Notes: generated by a model from the sequence alone, not told the origin. A stretch of DNA of 64,000 nt from Gemmatimonadaceae bacterium (GCA_051859245.1 JBHYGA010000005.1:1-64000), one strand, 5' to 3'. Shown: positions 38,791-48,846, counted from the stretch's first letter. Made by a program: numbers and translations.

Positions 38791-38818
38791 GCCTCCGTCT
38801 GATGCATCAGACGGAGGC
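38791..38818. repeat. Perfect 28-bp palindrome between pdhC and the protease gene (terminator-like or operator)
   Basis: GCCTCCGTCTGATG|CATCAGACGGAGGC, followed on the minus strand by TGCTTCTTC. Confidence 0.8.
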
Positions 38819-38869
38819 GTGCACACTAACCCTCAAGAGTGATAACCTGTCGGCCCGCGGCTCGTTCCG

Positions 38870-40258
38870 TCAATACAACATGAGGAATGGATTCTCAAGC
38901 AAATGACGCACCGTCTGGAGGAACCGCGCACCCACCGCGCCATCGATCACACGATGATCGCAGCTCATGGTCACGCGCATGCGCTGACGCGGCACAAAGG
39001 CGCCATCGATCCACACAGGCTTCGTTTCAGTTGCGCCCACGGCCAGAATGCCGGCCTCGGGTGGATTGATGATGGCCGTGAACTGGTCAATGCCAAACAT
39101 GCCGAGGTTGCTCACGGAGAACGTTGACCCCGTGTATTCCTCGGGCTTGAGTTTGCGCTCACGAGCGCGACCGGCCAGTTCACGTGCTTCGCGACCGATT
39201 TCGCCGAGTCCTTTGCGATCCGCATCACGAATAACGGGCACAATCAATCCGTCGTCCGTGGCCACAGCCATGCCAATGTGCGCGTGCGCGAAATAACGAA
39301 TCGTGTCGCCAAGCCAGTGCGCGTTGCATTCCGGATGTTTCGCGAGCGCAACCGCCACGGCCTTCATGACAATGTCATTCACGCTGACCTTGAAGGCATC
39401 ACCAGCGGCGGCCATTTGCGTGCGCATTTCGCCGACGGTGGTCATATCGATTTCCGACGTGAGATAGAACGTCGGAATCGGACCGATCGACTCACCCAGT
39501 CGACGCGCAATTGTTTTGCGCATCTGTGTGAGCGTGACGTCGCGCACGTCGCCATCAATCTGCATGGCGGGCGTGAGCGGAATCGCAGGCGGCTTACCGG
39601 CGGGCTTCGCAGGCGCGGCCGTTGTTGATGACTTGCTCGAAGCACCCGCTGTGGCCGGTGCCACCGCTGCAGCGCGCGGTGCGGACGCGGCGGCTTCAAC
39701 ATCGCGGCGAATCACGCGGCCGCTCGGTCCGGTGCCTACCACGTTCGCCAGTGAGACGCCTTGTTCACTCGCCATGCGACGCGCGAGTGGTGAGGCTTTC
39801 ACGCGCCCGTCGTCAGCTGTAGGCTCGGCGGTGGGCGCAGCTGTCGAAGCGGGCGCTGAAGTCGGCACTGAAGCGGGCGCCGCAGCTGGAGCTGCGGCCG
39901 CTGCTGCGGGCGGGGCTGCCTGCGTCGACGGTGCAGCTTCTGCTGGTGCAGCTGCTGGTGCGCCCGCTGATGCAGCGGCGGCCGCTGGCGCACCACTCAA
40001 GAGCGCCGAAATATCTTCGTCGGCCGCCGCAATAATGCCGATCAGCTGACCAACAGGCGCCGTACTGTCGTCGCCAATGAATCGCTTGCGCAACACACCA
40101 TCGCCACGCGCGACGAGCTCCATGATGGCCTTGTCAGTTTCGACTTCGGCCAGCACATCACCGTTAGCAACGGTATCGCCTTCCGCTTTGAGCCACTTCG
40201 CCAGGCGTCCCTCTTCCATGGTTGGAGAGAGCGCCTCCATCATCACTTTGGTTGCCAT
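38870..40258 (-). CDS. pdhC: Pyruvate dehydrogenase E2 dihydrolipoamide acetyltransferase
   Basis: LSPTMEEG lipoyl domain with ETDKA, Ala/Pro linker, ASPLARR E3-binding domain, DHRVIDG. Confidence 0.96.
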   Translation of the reverse strand: MATKVMMEALSPTMEEGRLAKWLKAEGDTVANGDVLAEVETDKAIMELVARGDGVLRKRFIGDDSTAPVGQLIGIIAAADEDISALLSGAPAAAAASAGAPAAAPAEAAPSTQAAPPAAAAAAPAAAPASVPTSAPASTAAPTAEPTADDGRVKASPLARRMASEQGVSLANVVGTGPSGRVIRRDVEAAASAPRAAAVAPATAGASSKSSTTAAPAKPAGKPPAIPLTPAMQIDGDVRDVTLTQMRKTIARRLGESIGPIPTFYLTSEIDMTTVGEMRTQMAAAGDAFKVSVNDIVMKAVAVALAKHPECNAHWLGDTIRYFAHAHIGMAVATDDGLIVPVIRDADRKGLGEIGREARELAGRARERKLKPEEYTGSTFSVSNLGMFGIDQFTAIINPPEAGILAVGATETKPVWIDGAFVPRQRMRVTMSCDHRVIDGAVGARFLQTVRHLLENPFLMLY

Positions 40259-40271
40259 GATCGGGGTCGGG

Positions 40272-41255
40272 TCAGGCGTCGATGTAGAGGACCTGCTTTA
40301 CCGCCGCGATCGTTTTCGGAACGTCGGGCTTCGCGGCCTTCTCAATGTTCTTGGCGTACGGCATGGGCGCGTCGGCCTGATGCACGCGGAGTACGGGTGC
40401 ATCGAGGTGATCAAAACAGTGGCGCTGCACGTAGTCCACCACCTGCGCGCCAACGCCGCACACTTCCCAGCCTTCTTCCACCACAACGCAACGATTCGTT
40501 TTGCGCACGGACGCGGTGATCGCATCCACATCCATCGGGCGAATGGTGCGCAGATCCACGACTTCCGCGCGAATGCCTTCTTTCGCGAGTTGTTCCGCGG
40601 CCTGCAACGCCACGAGCACCATCTTGCCATGGGTGATCAATGAGACGTGATCACCTTCGCGCTTGACTTCGGCCTTGCCAAGCGGAATCACGTACTCTTC
40701 GTCGGGCACTTCGCCCTTCGTGTTGTACAACATTTCGCCTTCAAGAAAACAGACCGGATTGTCGTCGCGAATCGCAGCTTTGAGCAGTCCCTTCGCGTCA
40801 TACGGCGTGCCCGGCGTGACCACCTTGAGACCGGGAATGTGCGCCAGCCACGATTCCCAGGCCTGCGAGTGCTGCGCCGACAGCTGCAGCGCCGCACCGT
40901 TCGGTCCGCGAAACACCATGGGCATGGGGAACTGACCGCCCGTCATGTACAACATTTTTGCCGCGGCGTTCACAACCTGATCGAGCGCCAGCAACGCGAA
41001 GTTCCACGTCATGAACTCAATGATAGGACGCAAGCCAACCATCGCCGCGCCCACACCAACGCCTGCAAAACCAAGCTCGGTAATCGGCGTGTCGACCACG
41101 CGCATTTCACCAAACTCCTGCAGCAATCCTTTCGACACTTTGTACGCGCCCTGATACACCGCGACTTCCTCGCCCATGAGGAACACGCGATCGTCGCGCA
41201 ACATTTCTTCCCGCAGCGCCTGATTCAGCGCTTCGCGATACGTAATAACAGCCAT
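40272..41255 (-). CDS. pdhB: Pyruvate dehydrogenase E1 beta subunit
   Basis: YREALNQAL, GEEVAVYQGAYKVS, DTPITE, VFRGPNG, AQHSQ. Confidence 0.96.
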   Translation of the reverse strand: MAVITYREALNQALREEMLRDDRVFLMGEEVAVYQGAYKVSKGLLQEFGEMRVVDTPITELGFAGVGVGAAMVGLRPIIEFMTWNFALLALDQVVNAAAKMLYMTGGQFPMPMVFRGPNGAALQLSAQHSQAWESWLAHIPGLKVVTPGTPYDAKGLLKAAIRDDNPVCFLEGEMLYNTKGEVPDEEYVIPLGKAEVKREGDHVSLITHGKMVLVALQAAEQLAKEGIRAEVVDLRTIRPMDVDAITASVRKTNRCVVVEEGWEVCGVGAQVVDYVQRHCFDHLDAPVLRVHQADAPMPYAKNIEKAAKPDVPKTIAAVKQVLYIDA

Positions 41256-41261
41256 GGCGGA

Positions 41262-42341
41262 TCAGTCCGAAGTAGTGTCAACGAGCACGTCTTCAAGCAG
41301 CGCTTCAAGCGGCGGCTCCGGACTGTTCTCGGCGAAGTCAATTGAGTCTTGCACGATAGCCTTGATCTCTTCATCCATGGCGTTCCACTCGTCGGCGGAA
41401 AGATCACCAGCCTCTTCCATGGTTGTGCGCAGCAGCACCACCGGATCACGCTTGAGATACTTCTCAAGCTCTTCCTTGGTGCGATACGTGCCGCTCACCG
41501 CGTCCGACATGGAGTGGCCCATGAATCGATACGTGCGGATTTCGAGCAGTGTGGGCATGGACTCGGTGCGCGCGCGTGCAATCGCGGTTTCTGCAGCCGC
41601 GCGCACGGCAAATACATCCTGACCGTCGACTACATCACGCGGCATATCGTACGACGCACCGCGCTTGTAGATGTCGTTGATTGCCGAGGCACGTTCAACG
41701 GCCGTACCCATGCCGTAGCGATTGTTTTCAATCACAAACAGACACGGCAGCTTCCAGAGCGCGGCCATGTTAAGCGCCTCGTGAAACGCGCCGTTGTTCA
41801 CGGCGGCCTCACCCATGAAGCACACAATCACCTGATCGCCGCCGCGATATTTGATCGCAAAGCCCACACCGGCCGCAATGGGAATGTGTCCACCCACAAT
41901 GCCGTGACCGCCCAGGAAGCCGAGCGACTTGTCGAACAAGTGCATCGAGCCGCCCTTGCCGCGCACACAGCCGTCCACACGGCCAAACAGCTCGGCCATG
42001 ATTGCGCGCGGTGTCATGCCACGCGCGAGTGCCTGACCGTGATCGCGGTAGGTGGTGATGATGTAATCGTCTTCGCGCAGCAGCGAGATGAAGCCTGTGC
42101 TCACCGCTTCCTGTCCGATGTACAAATGACAGAAACCGCCGATGCGACCGATCGCGTACATCTCGGCCGTACGCTCTTCGAAACGACGCTGCATCAGCAT
42201 CGAGTACAGCAACTCGGTGTGCAGCTTCTTGCGCTCGGCCGGCGACAGTTCTGCCGACGGGCCCGATGACAATGCAGCGTCAGTCGAAGCGCCGTCGGAA
42301 GACGCCGCGCCCCGGCGTCGGGATGGCTTGGTGGTGCTCAT
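41262..42341 (-). CDS. pdhA: Pyruvate dehydrogenase E1 alpha subunit
   Basis: GGFCHLYIGQEA, YRDHG, GKGGSMH, ENNRYGMGT, TYRFMGHSMSD. Confidence 0.96.
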   Translation of the reverse strand: MSTTKPSRRRGAASSDGASTDAALSSGPSAELSPAERKKLHTELLYSMLMQRRFEERTAEMYAIGRIGGFCHLYIGQEAVSTGFISLLREDDYIITTYRDHGQALARGMTPRAIMAELFGRVDGCVRGKGGSMHLFDKSLGFLGGHGIVGGHIPIAAGVGFAIKYRGGDQVIVCFMGEAAVNNGAFHEALNMAALWKLPCLFVIENNRYGMGTAVERASAINDIYKRGASYDMPRDVVDGQDVFAVRAAAETAIARARTESMPTLLEIRTYRFMGHSMSDAVSGTYRTKEELEKYLKRDPVVLLRTTMEEAGDLSADEWNAMDEEIKAIVQDSIDFAENSPEPPLEALLEDVLVDTTSD

Positions 42342-42404
42342 GGTCAAATAAGGGAGTGGTCAGACGCGCTGCAGCCGAGAGCCCGGTGTGCGGCGCGTGG
42401 ATAG

Positions 42405-43313
42405 TCAGACGCCAGCGGCCTGCACTTGCTCCCACGCGTGATAACTGGAACGCACGAGCGGTCCGCTTTCGACGTGTTTGAAGCCCATGCCCATGCCGAC
42501 TTCACGAAACATCTTGAACTCGTCGGGCGTGACAAAACGATCGAGTGCGATGTGTCCGTCAGACGGACGGAGATACTGACCCAACGTGAGAATGTCGACG
42601 TCGACCTCACGCAGATCTTTCATCACTTCAATGACTTCTTCGTTCGTTTCGCCCATGCCAAGAATGATGCCCGTTTTGGTGGGAATCGTGGGGGCGATGC
42701 GCTTGGCCGTACGGAAAATGTTCATCACGCGCTCGTACCGTCCGCCCGGACGGGCCTTCTTGTACAATCGTGGTACGGTCTCGGTGTTGTGATTGTAGAT
42801 CTCGGGGCGCGCTTCAAGGACCGCGCGAATCGAATCTTCATTGCCCTGAAAATCGGGCACGAGCACTTCTACCGAACAGCCCGGCAGACGCTGATGAATC
42901 TGCCGGATGGTTTCGGCAAAGATGTACGCGCCAAAGTCGGGCAGGTCGTCGCGATCAACCGACGTGATCACCGCGTGACGCAGTCCCAGCTGCGCGACCG
43001 CTTCGCCCACACGCTCGGGCTCGGCAATGTCATACGCCGGTGGACGACCGTGTGACACGGCGCAGTACGCACAGTTACGCGTGCAGACATCGCCGAGGAT
43101 CATGAACGTGGCGGTGCCATGCTCCCAGCATTCACCAATGTTGGGGCAGTGCGCTTCCTGGCAGACGGTGTGAAGGTTGAGTTCCTTCATCATCTGCGTG
43201 AGTCGCAGATACGTGGGTCCACCGGGCGCCTTGACCTTGAGCCATGATGGCTTGCGTTCCGGCAACGGGTCGCGGCGATGCCGCCCCATGATCTGATAAA
43301 GCTGTTCTGCCAT
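42405..43313 (-). CDS. lipA: Lipoyl synthase
   Basis: CQEAHCPNIGEC auxiliary-cluster motif, radical-SAM CTRNCAYC, C-terminal RSSYHA. Confidence 0.97.
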   Translation of the reverse strand: MAEQLYQIMGRHRRDPLPERKPSWLKVKAPGGPTYLRLTQMMKELNLHTVCQEAHCPNIGECWEHGTATFMILGDVCTRNCAYCAVSHGRPPAYDIAEPERVGEAVAQLGLRHAVITSVDRDDLPDFGAYIFAETIRQIHQRLPGCSVEVLVPDFQGNEDSIRAVLEARPEIYNHNTETVPRLYKKARPGGRYERVMNIFRTAKRIAPTIPTKTGIILGMGETNEEVIEVMKDLREVDVDILTLGQYLRPSDGHIALDRFVTPDEFKMFREVGMGMGFKHVESGPLVRSSYHAWEQVQAAGV

Positions 43314-43562
43314 GCGAAGTGCAGCGAATGGGTGACCACCGCCAAAGGCAATCTTCCAATGGCGATCGGCAAGGTACAGCCGGGGACAGAGAGCAACCAG
43401 ACGGCGTAACCGTTCACTGGTATAATGAAGGTTAACGCAGTGAACGACTTGCTGTAGAGTTGCTGGCGCGAGCCGCGAAACTCAGGGCATGCGAGCCGCG
43501 TACGGGTGAATAGGCCCGCGAAATGGCGCGAGCTACTGGCAGAACTTCAGAGGGAACGGAAC

Positions 43563-43793
43563 ATGTTGCGCACCATCTTCGTGGTCGGCGCTATGGCGCT
43601 TCTCGGACTTGTGGCCTTGAAGCTGGTATTTGGCCTCATGGGCCCGCTCGTGGCGCTGCTCTTCTGGATCGCTGGTCTGGCTCTCAAGGTGGCCGTGCTG
43701 GGCTTCGTCGGCTACGTGGTCATTCGCCTGATCAGCCCCAACACCGCCCAGCGCCTCAAAGACCGCTGGAGCGGCTCCTCAAGCTCCTTCTGA
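43563..43793 (+). CDS. Small two-TM membrane protein
   Basis: 76-aa hydrophobic ORF with GC3-rich codons and an upstream GAGGG; its 3' end overlaps the convergent GT2 gene by 15 bp. Confidence 0.7.
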   Translation: MLRTIFVVGAMALLGLVALKLVFGLMGPLVALLFWIAGLALKVAVLGFVGYVVIRLISPNTAQRLKDRWSGSSSSF

Positions 43794-45443
43794 GCTGCCG
43801 CCGGCGCCTTCGTCGCGCCGGCCAGCGTCTGATCCACCCTCGCGCGGCTCGCCCTCACCCGGCGAGCCGTTCGTGCGTTTGCGGCTGCCGCCTCGGCGGC
43901 CACGCCGGCTGCGACGACGCTTCCGGGCGGCTTCGTCCGCGTCGCCAGCGGTCACTTCCCCGTCGCCTGCCTCAGCACTGCCTTCGTCGGTCGAGCCAGC
44001 GTCGCTGTTGGAATCGGCGGTACGCGAACGCCCCTGACGCGGCTGGTCCGGTTCGGCCCCGGTATCAGAATCGTCGGCTCCTTCAGCGGCATCCGCACCG
44101 TTCGTTGACCGTCCCTCACCGCGGCGACGCCGTCCTCGGCGTGACCGCTTGCGACGGGCTGGAGCGTCGCCGGTGGCCTCAGCGCTGAGCGCTGTTGGGC
44201 CATCCGAGGCGTCGTCGTTACCCGCGTCGTCTCCGTCTTCGCGCCCCGTGTTCTGCGGCTGCGAACGCTCGGCGTTTGCGGCATCTAACTGGCCGCCGGT
44301 CTCGGCGTCATCTCCGCCATTTCGCGGCGGCGCCGAACGATCTTTTCGTGCACCCCGTTTGCGACGCTTGCGAGCCGGACGCGGCGCGGCGTCCGAATCG
44401 GTCGCATTCGCGACGGATTCCGCGTCGGTCGTGATAGGGGCCAGCAATGCGGACTCCACGCGCGGCGCGCCCTCGTCACGTGCGACGCGCTCGCGTGGTT
44501 GCCGATCCCGGGGCGGACGCTCGCGCGTCGGGCGTTCGTTCGTGGCCCGTTCGTTCGTTGCTCGGTCGTTCGTGGCGCGGTCGTGTGTTGCTCGTTCGCG
44601 CGCAGGTCGTTCGCGAGGCGAACGCTCGCGGGCTGGCCGTTCCACCACATCGGGCGCCGTCGGTTCGTCTGTCTCCACGACTTCCACCGCGCGCGCAATC
44701 ACCTTGGCGGCGACACGCTGTCCACGGCGACTCCATCCCCACTTGGCGAGCGCGATTGCGTCGGGCCATGCCGTGCGACGCGTTTCGCGGGTGCGCACGG
44801 TGAACGTGGGTGTGACAGGGATGGTCTCCACACGACGCGCGTGTGGTGCCGTGCGGAGAAGAAAATCGGCGTTGGCCGACCACGCATCGCCAGACACAAT
44901 GGGCGTATCACCAGCGGCCTTGATCAGGTCGCGCAACACCGCAATGCGCACCAACCGAAAGCTCGTGGTGAGATCACGTACATCACTGATGCCCACAAAC
45001 GGTCGCAGGACCCAACGCGACGCCTGCCACAGACGACGCACCGACTTGGGCGCGTCGCCAGACGACACACGCTCACCAATCACCAGATCGGCGCCGCCTT
45101 CGAAGCGGCGCAGGAACTCCGGGACGAGCGCTGGCGGATCGGTGAAGTCGCCTTGCAAGAGCAGCAGCGCGTCGCGCCGTGGATAACGCGTGGTACGCGC
45201 AACATGGCGCACGAGGGCGTCAGTCGCGCCAGCGTAACCCAATCGCTGTGTGCCGCGAATCACCGTGAGGGGTAATACACGGGAGTAGGGCGCGAGTGTG
45301 TCCGCGGTCTGATCGGTACTCGCGTCGTCATAGACCACGACTTCATACTCCCGCGAGACTTCTGCGAGCACGCTGCGCAGACGCCAAAGCAGGACGCCGA
45401 TCGTGGTGGCCTCGTTATACGCAGGAATGCCGATGTAGAGCAC
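43779..45443 (-). CDS. GT2 (DPM1-like) glycosyltransferase-fold protein with long charged disordered C-terminus
   Basis: LYIGIPAYNEA, EVVVYDDASTD, GADLVIG, DLTTSFR. DxD position reads QGD. GTG start at 45443. Confidence 0.85.
   Translation of the reverse strand: MLYIGIPAYNEATTIGVLLWRLRSVLAEVSREYEVVVYDDASTDQTADTLAPYSRVLPLTVIRGTQRLGYAGATDALVRHVARTTRYPRRDALLLLQGDFTDPPALVPEFLRRFEGGADLVIGERVSSGDAPKSVRRLWQASRWVLRPFVGISDVRDLTTSFRLVRIAVLRDLIKAAGDTPIVSGDAWSANADFLLRTAPHARRVETIPVTPTFTVRTRETRRTAWPDAIALAKWGWSRRGQRVAAKVIARAVEVVETDEPTAPDVVERPARERSPRERPARERATHDRATNDRATNERATNERPTRERPPRDRQPRERVARDEGAPRVESALLAPITTDAESVANATDSDAAPRPARKRRKRGARKDRSAPPRNGGDDAETGGQLDAANAERSQPQNTGREDGDDAGNDDASDGPTALSAEATGDAPARRKRSRRGRRRRGEGRSTNGADAAEGADDSDTGAEPDQPRQGRSRTADSNSDAGSTDEGSAEAGDGEVTAGDADEAARKRRRSRRGRRGGSRKRTNGSPGEGEPREGGSDAGRRDEGAGGSSEGA
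44476..44643 (-). repeat. Degenerate 15-nt (5-aa) tandem repeat, about 11 units
   Basis: ERPAR ERSPR ERPAR ERATH DRATN DRATN ERATN ERPTR ERPPR DRQPR ERVAR within the GT2 tail. Confidence 0.8.
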
Positions 45444-45571
45444 GCAGGACGGGTTGACGGGTCGGACGAAATGACGCGATTCTCTTACAAGCGTCCGATA
45501 ATAACAGGTATAGTGGCGCCGCGGGGCATCCGTGCTCGCGGCGAGACCGTTCAAGCTTCTGGAGGAATGCC

Positions 45572-46303
45572 ATGATGCTCGCGAACGTACGGTCCCAGTT
45601 GGGACGGGAGGATGCGCAGCTTGTGCTGCGCTTATTGTCTCGTGGCGGGGCCGAGGCCTCGCGATCGGCCGAGGCCATGCTGGCCGATCAGGGCCTTGAC
45701 CCACTGCTGGACGATCCGGAGCTGCTCCGCGCCCTGATCGAGGCCAGACAGTCGGCCCACGCGTCGCTCCCGCTGTTTTGTTACGTGGTGGTGCGACACG
45801 CCCTCCGGCGCACCGGCGCGGAGAGCCGGAGCTTGGCCGATTACGTGGCCAGCGTGCTGCTGCACTTTGGGCTGCGCGAGCGCGCCCGGCGAATTGCCGA
45901 CAGTGACGACCAGACCTACGACACGGTGGCTCGCATTGCCGAAGATATCGACAGCGCCGACGCGGAGCGTGCTTTTCTCGCCCGTGCGCACCTGGGCAAC
46001 TACGCGCTGTGGCTGAGCGGTCTGTTCCCTGACCACATTGAACATCGGCGCTGGCGTCGCGGTGGCCCCAATCTGGAGTATTACGAAACAATGGGGCAGC
46101 GGGGCTTTCGCCTCGCGGCTGACCACCGGCTGGCGGGACGCCACGGCCTGGCGCCGCTCTACGGCGCGGCCGCCGAGGCGTTCCCGAAAATGCGCCGCGC
46201 CCTGAACGCGGTGAGTGATTCGCTGCTCTTTCGGCACGTGCATTCGCCGGAACGTCTGATGCGTCAGGTGCGCGACGCCTTTGAGAGCGACCAACTGAGC
46301 TGA
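45572..46303 (+). CDS. Conserved hypothetical protein
   Basis: GGAGG SD; globular composition; LGNYALWLSGLFPD...YYETMG motif; divergent from the GT2 gene. Confidence 0.75.
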   Translation: MMLANVRSQLGREDAQLVLRLLSRGGAEASRSAEAMLADQGLDPLLDDPELLRALIEARQSAHASLPLFCYVVVRHALRRTGAESRSLADYVASVLLHFGLRERARRIADSDDQTYDTVARIAEDIDSADAERAFLARAHLGNYALWLSGLFPDHIEHRRWRRGGPNLEYYETMGQRGFRLAADHRLAGRHGLAPLYGAAAEAFPKMRRALNAVSDSLLFRHVHSPERLMRQVRDAFESDQLS

Positions 46304-46460
46304 GTCGGGGTATATATGCGGATAAGCTGGTCTGTGGCGATCGTGTTGCCACAGACGGCCGACCCGCGCTAAGCTGCCGCGGATATTCACAACGTGTGGC
46401 TCACCGTCGGGCCACTGCGACCGCGCGTCTTCGCGCCCCGACCGATCACCTGACCGCCCG

Positions 46461-47042
46461 ATGTTCGAACAGTTTCGAGATGCACTGCGTGGCATGAGTC
46501 GCGAGAGCGGCGCTACCGACAAGCGTGCCGCGATGTCGAGTATGAAAGACGCGCTCGTGCACGCAAAACTCGCGTTGCAGGATCTGCGCGAAGGTGTCGC
46601 GATCACGGAAAAGCGGTTGGGCAGTGAGCAGAAGGAATTGGATACCGCCACGCGCCGTCGAGCGATGGCGGCGCAGATTGATGACGCCGAGACCGTTGCC
46701 ATCGCTGACAAGTTTGTGGCGCAGCACGCGGAGAAAGTGCGCGTGCTTGAGCAGAAGCGCGCCGCACAGCTCGACGAGCTGTCGCTGGCGGAACGCGAGT
46801 ACGACGAGATGTCGCGCGAGCTCAAGCGTGCGATGGCGGGATTGCCGTTTGGCTCGGCCAGTCCCGAGAGCGTTGAAGCGTCGGCCATGCGCGAAGTCGA
46901 AGAAGCGCTCGGCGAACGACAGGCGGCCGCCGAAACCGCCGAGCTGAACGCGATGGCTCGGGCGCGAGCGCGTGAGGCGCGTGAGGCGGATGCAACGGAA
47001 CGACTGGCGGCGCTCAAGCGACAGCTCGGCAAGGAGCCGTGA
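46461..47042 (+). CDS. PspA/IM30-like coiled-coil protein
   Basis: All-helical and E/A/R-rich; MFEQFRDALR amphipathic start; C-terminal ERLAALKRQLG typical of PspA. Confidence 0.65.
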   Translation: MFEQFRDALRGMSRESGATDKRAAMSSMKDALVHAKLALQDLREGVAITEKRLGSEQKELDTATRRRAMAAQIDDAETVAIADKFVAQHAEKVRVLEQKRAAQLDELSLAEREYDEMSRELKRAMAGLPFGSASPESVEASAMREVEEALGERQAAAETAELNAMARARAREAREADATERLAALKRQLGKEP

Positions 47043-48808
47043 ACTCTCGCAGTGCAGCTCGTGTGCGCGTGAAGGGAATGATGCGATGTGGTGGCATCGC
47101 GGCGATGGCTGCGTGTGTGTGCGGCAGCGTTGTACAGGCGCAAACGCCGCCGCTCGCGCCGCGTATTCCGGTGGTGTGCAACGGACAGCGCATCAGCAAC
47201 ATCGTGGTGCTCACGCAGCCGCCGTACACCGACAGACTTCCCAAGTCGCTCGACTTTGTGCGTCGAGGCATGGTCAAGTTTCACGCCAACACGCAGGACG
47301 ACGTGGTGCGTCGTTACCTGCTGTTTGGCGTTGGTGACGCGTGTACTGAGTTGGAGCGATCGGAATCTGAACGTATTCTGCGTGTGCAGCCGTTTCTGGT
47401 GGACGCAGACGTACGTGCGTTCTCCGATGGTGAAGGTGGCGTTGAACTGGAAGTCGAAACGCGGGATGAATTTTCGGTGGTCGCCGGACTGCTCGTTTCC
47501 GGCGTCAGTCCGGTGGTGCGCGGCGTGACCATGGGCGAGAGCAATCTTGCCGGCCAGGCTATCTATTCGGCGGTGCGTTGGCGCGACGGCGGTGCGTACG
47601 ATGATTTGTACGGTGCGCGTGTCGTGGATCATCAGTTCATGGGGCAGCGCAATATCGGTCGGCTGTTTGGCGAACGTTCCATTCGTGGTCACGAATACGG
47701 CGCCGAAATACTGCGTCCGTACTACACAGACCTGCAGCGGTTCGCGTGGCACGGCGCATATGGCAGCAAGCGCGACTACATTCGGTTCGCGCGTGAAGAC
47801 GAAGCGAACGTTGGACTCGCACAGCAGCGCGACTTTGGTGATCTCGGCGCGGTGTTCCGCATCGGTGAACCGGGTCGACTGAAACTGCTCGGCGCGTCGC
47901 TCTCGCACGAACAAGACAATGTGTCGTCGCAGCCCGTGATCATGGATGTCACCGGATTCCGGGAGGACACACTCGCCAGCACGTTCCCCGATATCTACCG
48001 CTCGGCCCGCGTCACGCGCGTGAACGCGCTGGCTGGAATGCGTCGATTGTCATTCATGCGCGTCGAAGGTTTTGACGCCCTCACCGGTGTGCAGGACGTG
48101 CGCAAGGGTGTGCAAACCGCGCTCACGCTCGGCCGTTCGATCGGCATTCTGAATGGTCGCGACCGGGATTTGTTTGTGCGCTATGACGTGTATGCGGGTG
48201 GTGGCTCGCCCAAGAATTTCCTTGGGTTTGAAACGCTCACCGAGGCCCGTCGCGACGCGAACACGCGCGAGTGGGATGGCGTGATTACGAGCGGTCGTGT
48301 GGCGTGGTATCTCAAGCCGTGGCGGAATCAGCTTACACTCACATCACTCGATTGGGGTGGTGGCTGGAACGTACGCGTTCCGTATCAGCTCACATTCGGT
48401 GATCGAGACGGCGGATTGCTCGGCTACCGAAACTCACGTCTCGGCGGCGCGCATCGCGCTGTGCTGCGCGTGGAGCAACGCTGGTTGCCCACGCCACGCA
48501 CAACCGTTGGCGATCTGGGCGTCACGTTCTTTGCCGACGTTGGGAAGCTCTGGTCCGGCGAGGTGCCGTACGCTACACAATCCAGCGTGCGCGGAACGGT
48601 GGGCGTTGGCGTGCTGGCGGCGGTGCCGCGTCGTTCTCGTCGACTGTGGCGCCTGGATTTCGGGTTGCCCGTGGGCGGTGATCCGAACGCGAAGTTTGAA
48701 GTGCGCATCAGCAGCGTTGATCGCACGCGCGTGTTCTGGCGTGAGCCGCTCGACCTCAACACGGCACGCGAACGTGCCGTGCCGTCAAGTTTGTTCAGCT
48801 GGCCGTAG
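47039..48808 (+). CDS. Omp85/BamA-TamA-like outer-membrane beta-barrel with one POTRA-like domain
   Basis: Signal peptide; 'TQDDVVRRYLLF..GD....ESERILR..PFL' POTRA motif; GESNLAG; GLLGY loop; FFADVG; RLDFGLP. Start overlaps the upstream stop (GTGA). Confidence 0.75.
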   Translation: MNSRSAARVRVKGMMRCGGIAAMAACVCGSVVQAQTPPLAPRIPVVCNGQRISNIVVLTQPPYTDRLPKSLDFVRRGMVKFHANTQDDVVRRYLLFGVGDACTELERSESERILRVQPFLVDADVRAFSDGEGGVELEVETRDEFSVVAGLLVSGVSPVVRGVTMGESNLAGQAIYSAVRWRDGGAYDDLYGARVVDHQFMGQRNIGRLFGERSIRGHEYGAEILRPYYTDLQRFAWHGAYGSKRDYIRFAREDEANVGLAQQRDFGDLGAVFRIGEPGRLKLLGASLSHEQDNVSSQPVIMDVTGFREDTLASTFPDIYRSARVTRVNALAGMRRLSFMRVEGFDALTGVQDVRKGVQTALTLGRSIGILNGRDRDLFVRYDVYAGGGSPKNFLGFETLTEARRDANTREWDGVITSGRVAWYLKPWRNQLTLTSLDWGGGWNVRVPYQLTFGDRDGGLLGYRNSRLGGAHRAVLRVEQRWLPTPRTTVGDLGVTFFADVGKLWSGEVPYATQSSVRGTVGVGVLAAVPRRSRRLWRLDFGLPVGGDPNAKFEVRISSVDRTRVFWREPLDLNTARERAVPSSLFSWP

Positions 48809-48819
48809 AACACGCAGTA

Positions 48820-48846
48820 ACGAGCGGCGTGTAATCAGCCGCTCGT
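48820..48846. terminator. Hairpin between the convergent omp85-like and POT genes
   Basis: ACGAGCGGC-N9-GCCGCTCGT; no U-tract. Confidence 0.45.

Noticed and set aside
45444..46352. N-terminal extension of the GT2 ORF (43779..46352)
   Set aside because: It is the antisense shadow of the 45572..46303 gene; the GT2 domain begins at GTG 45443.
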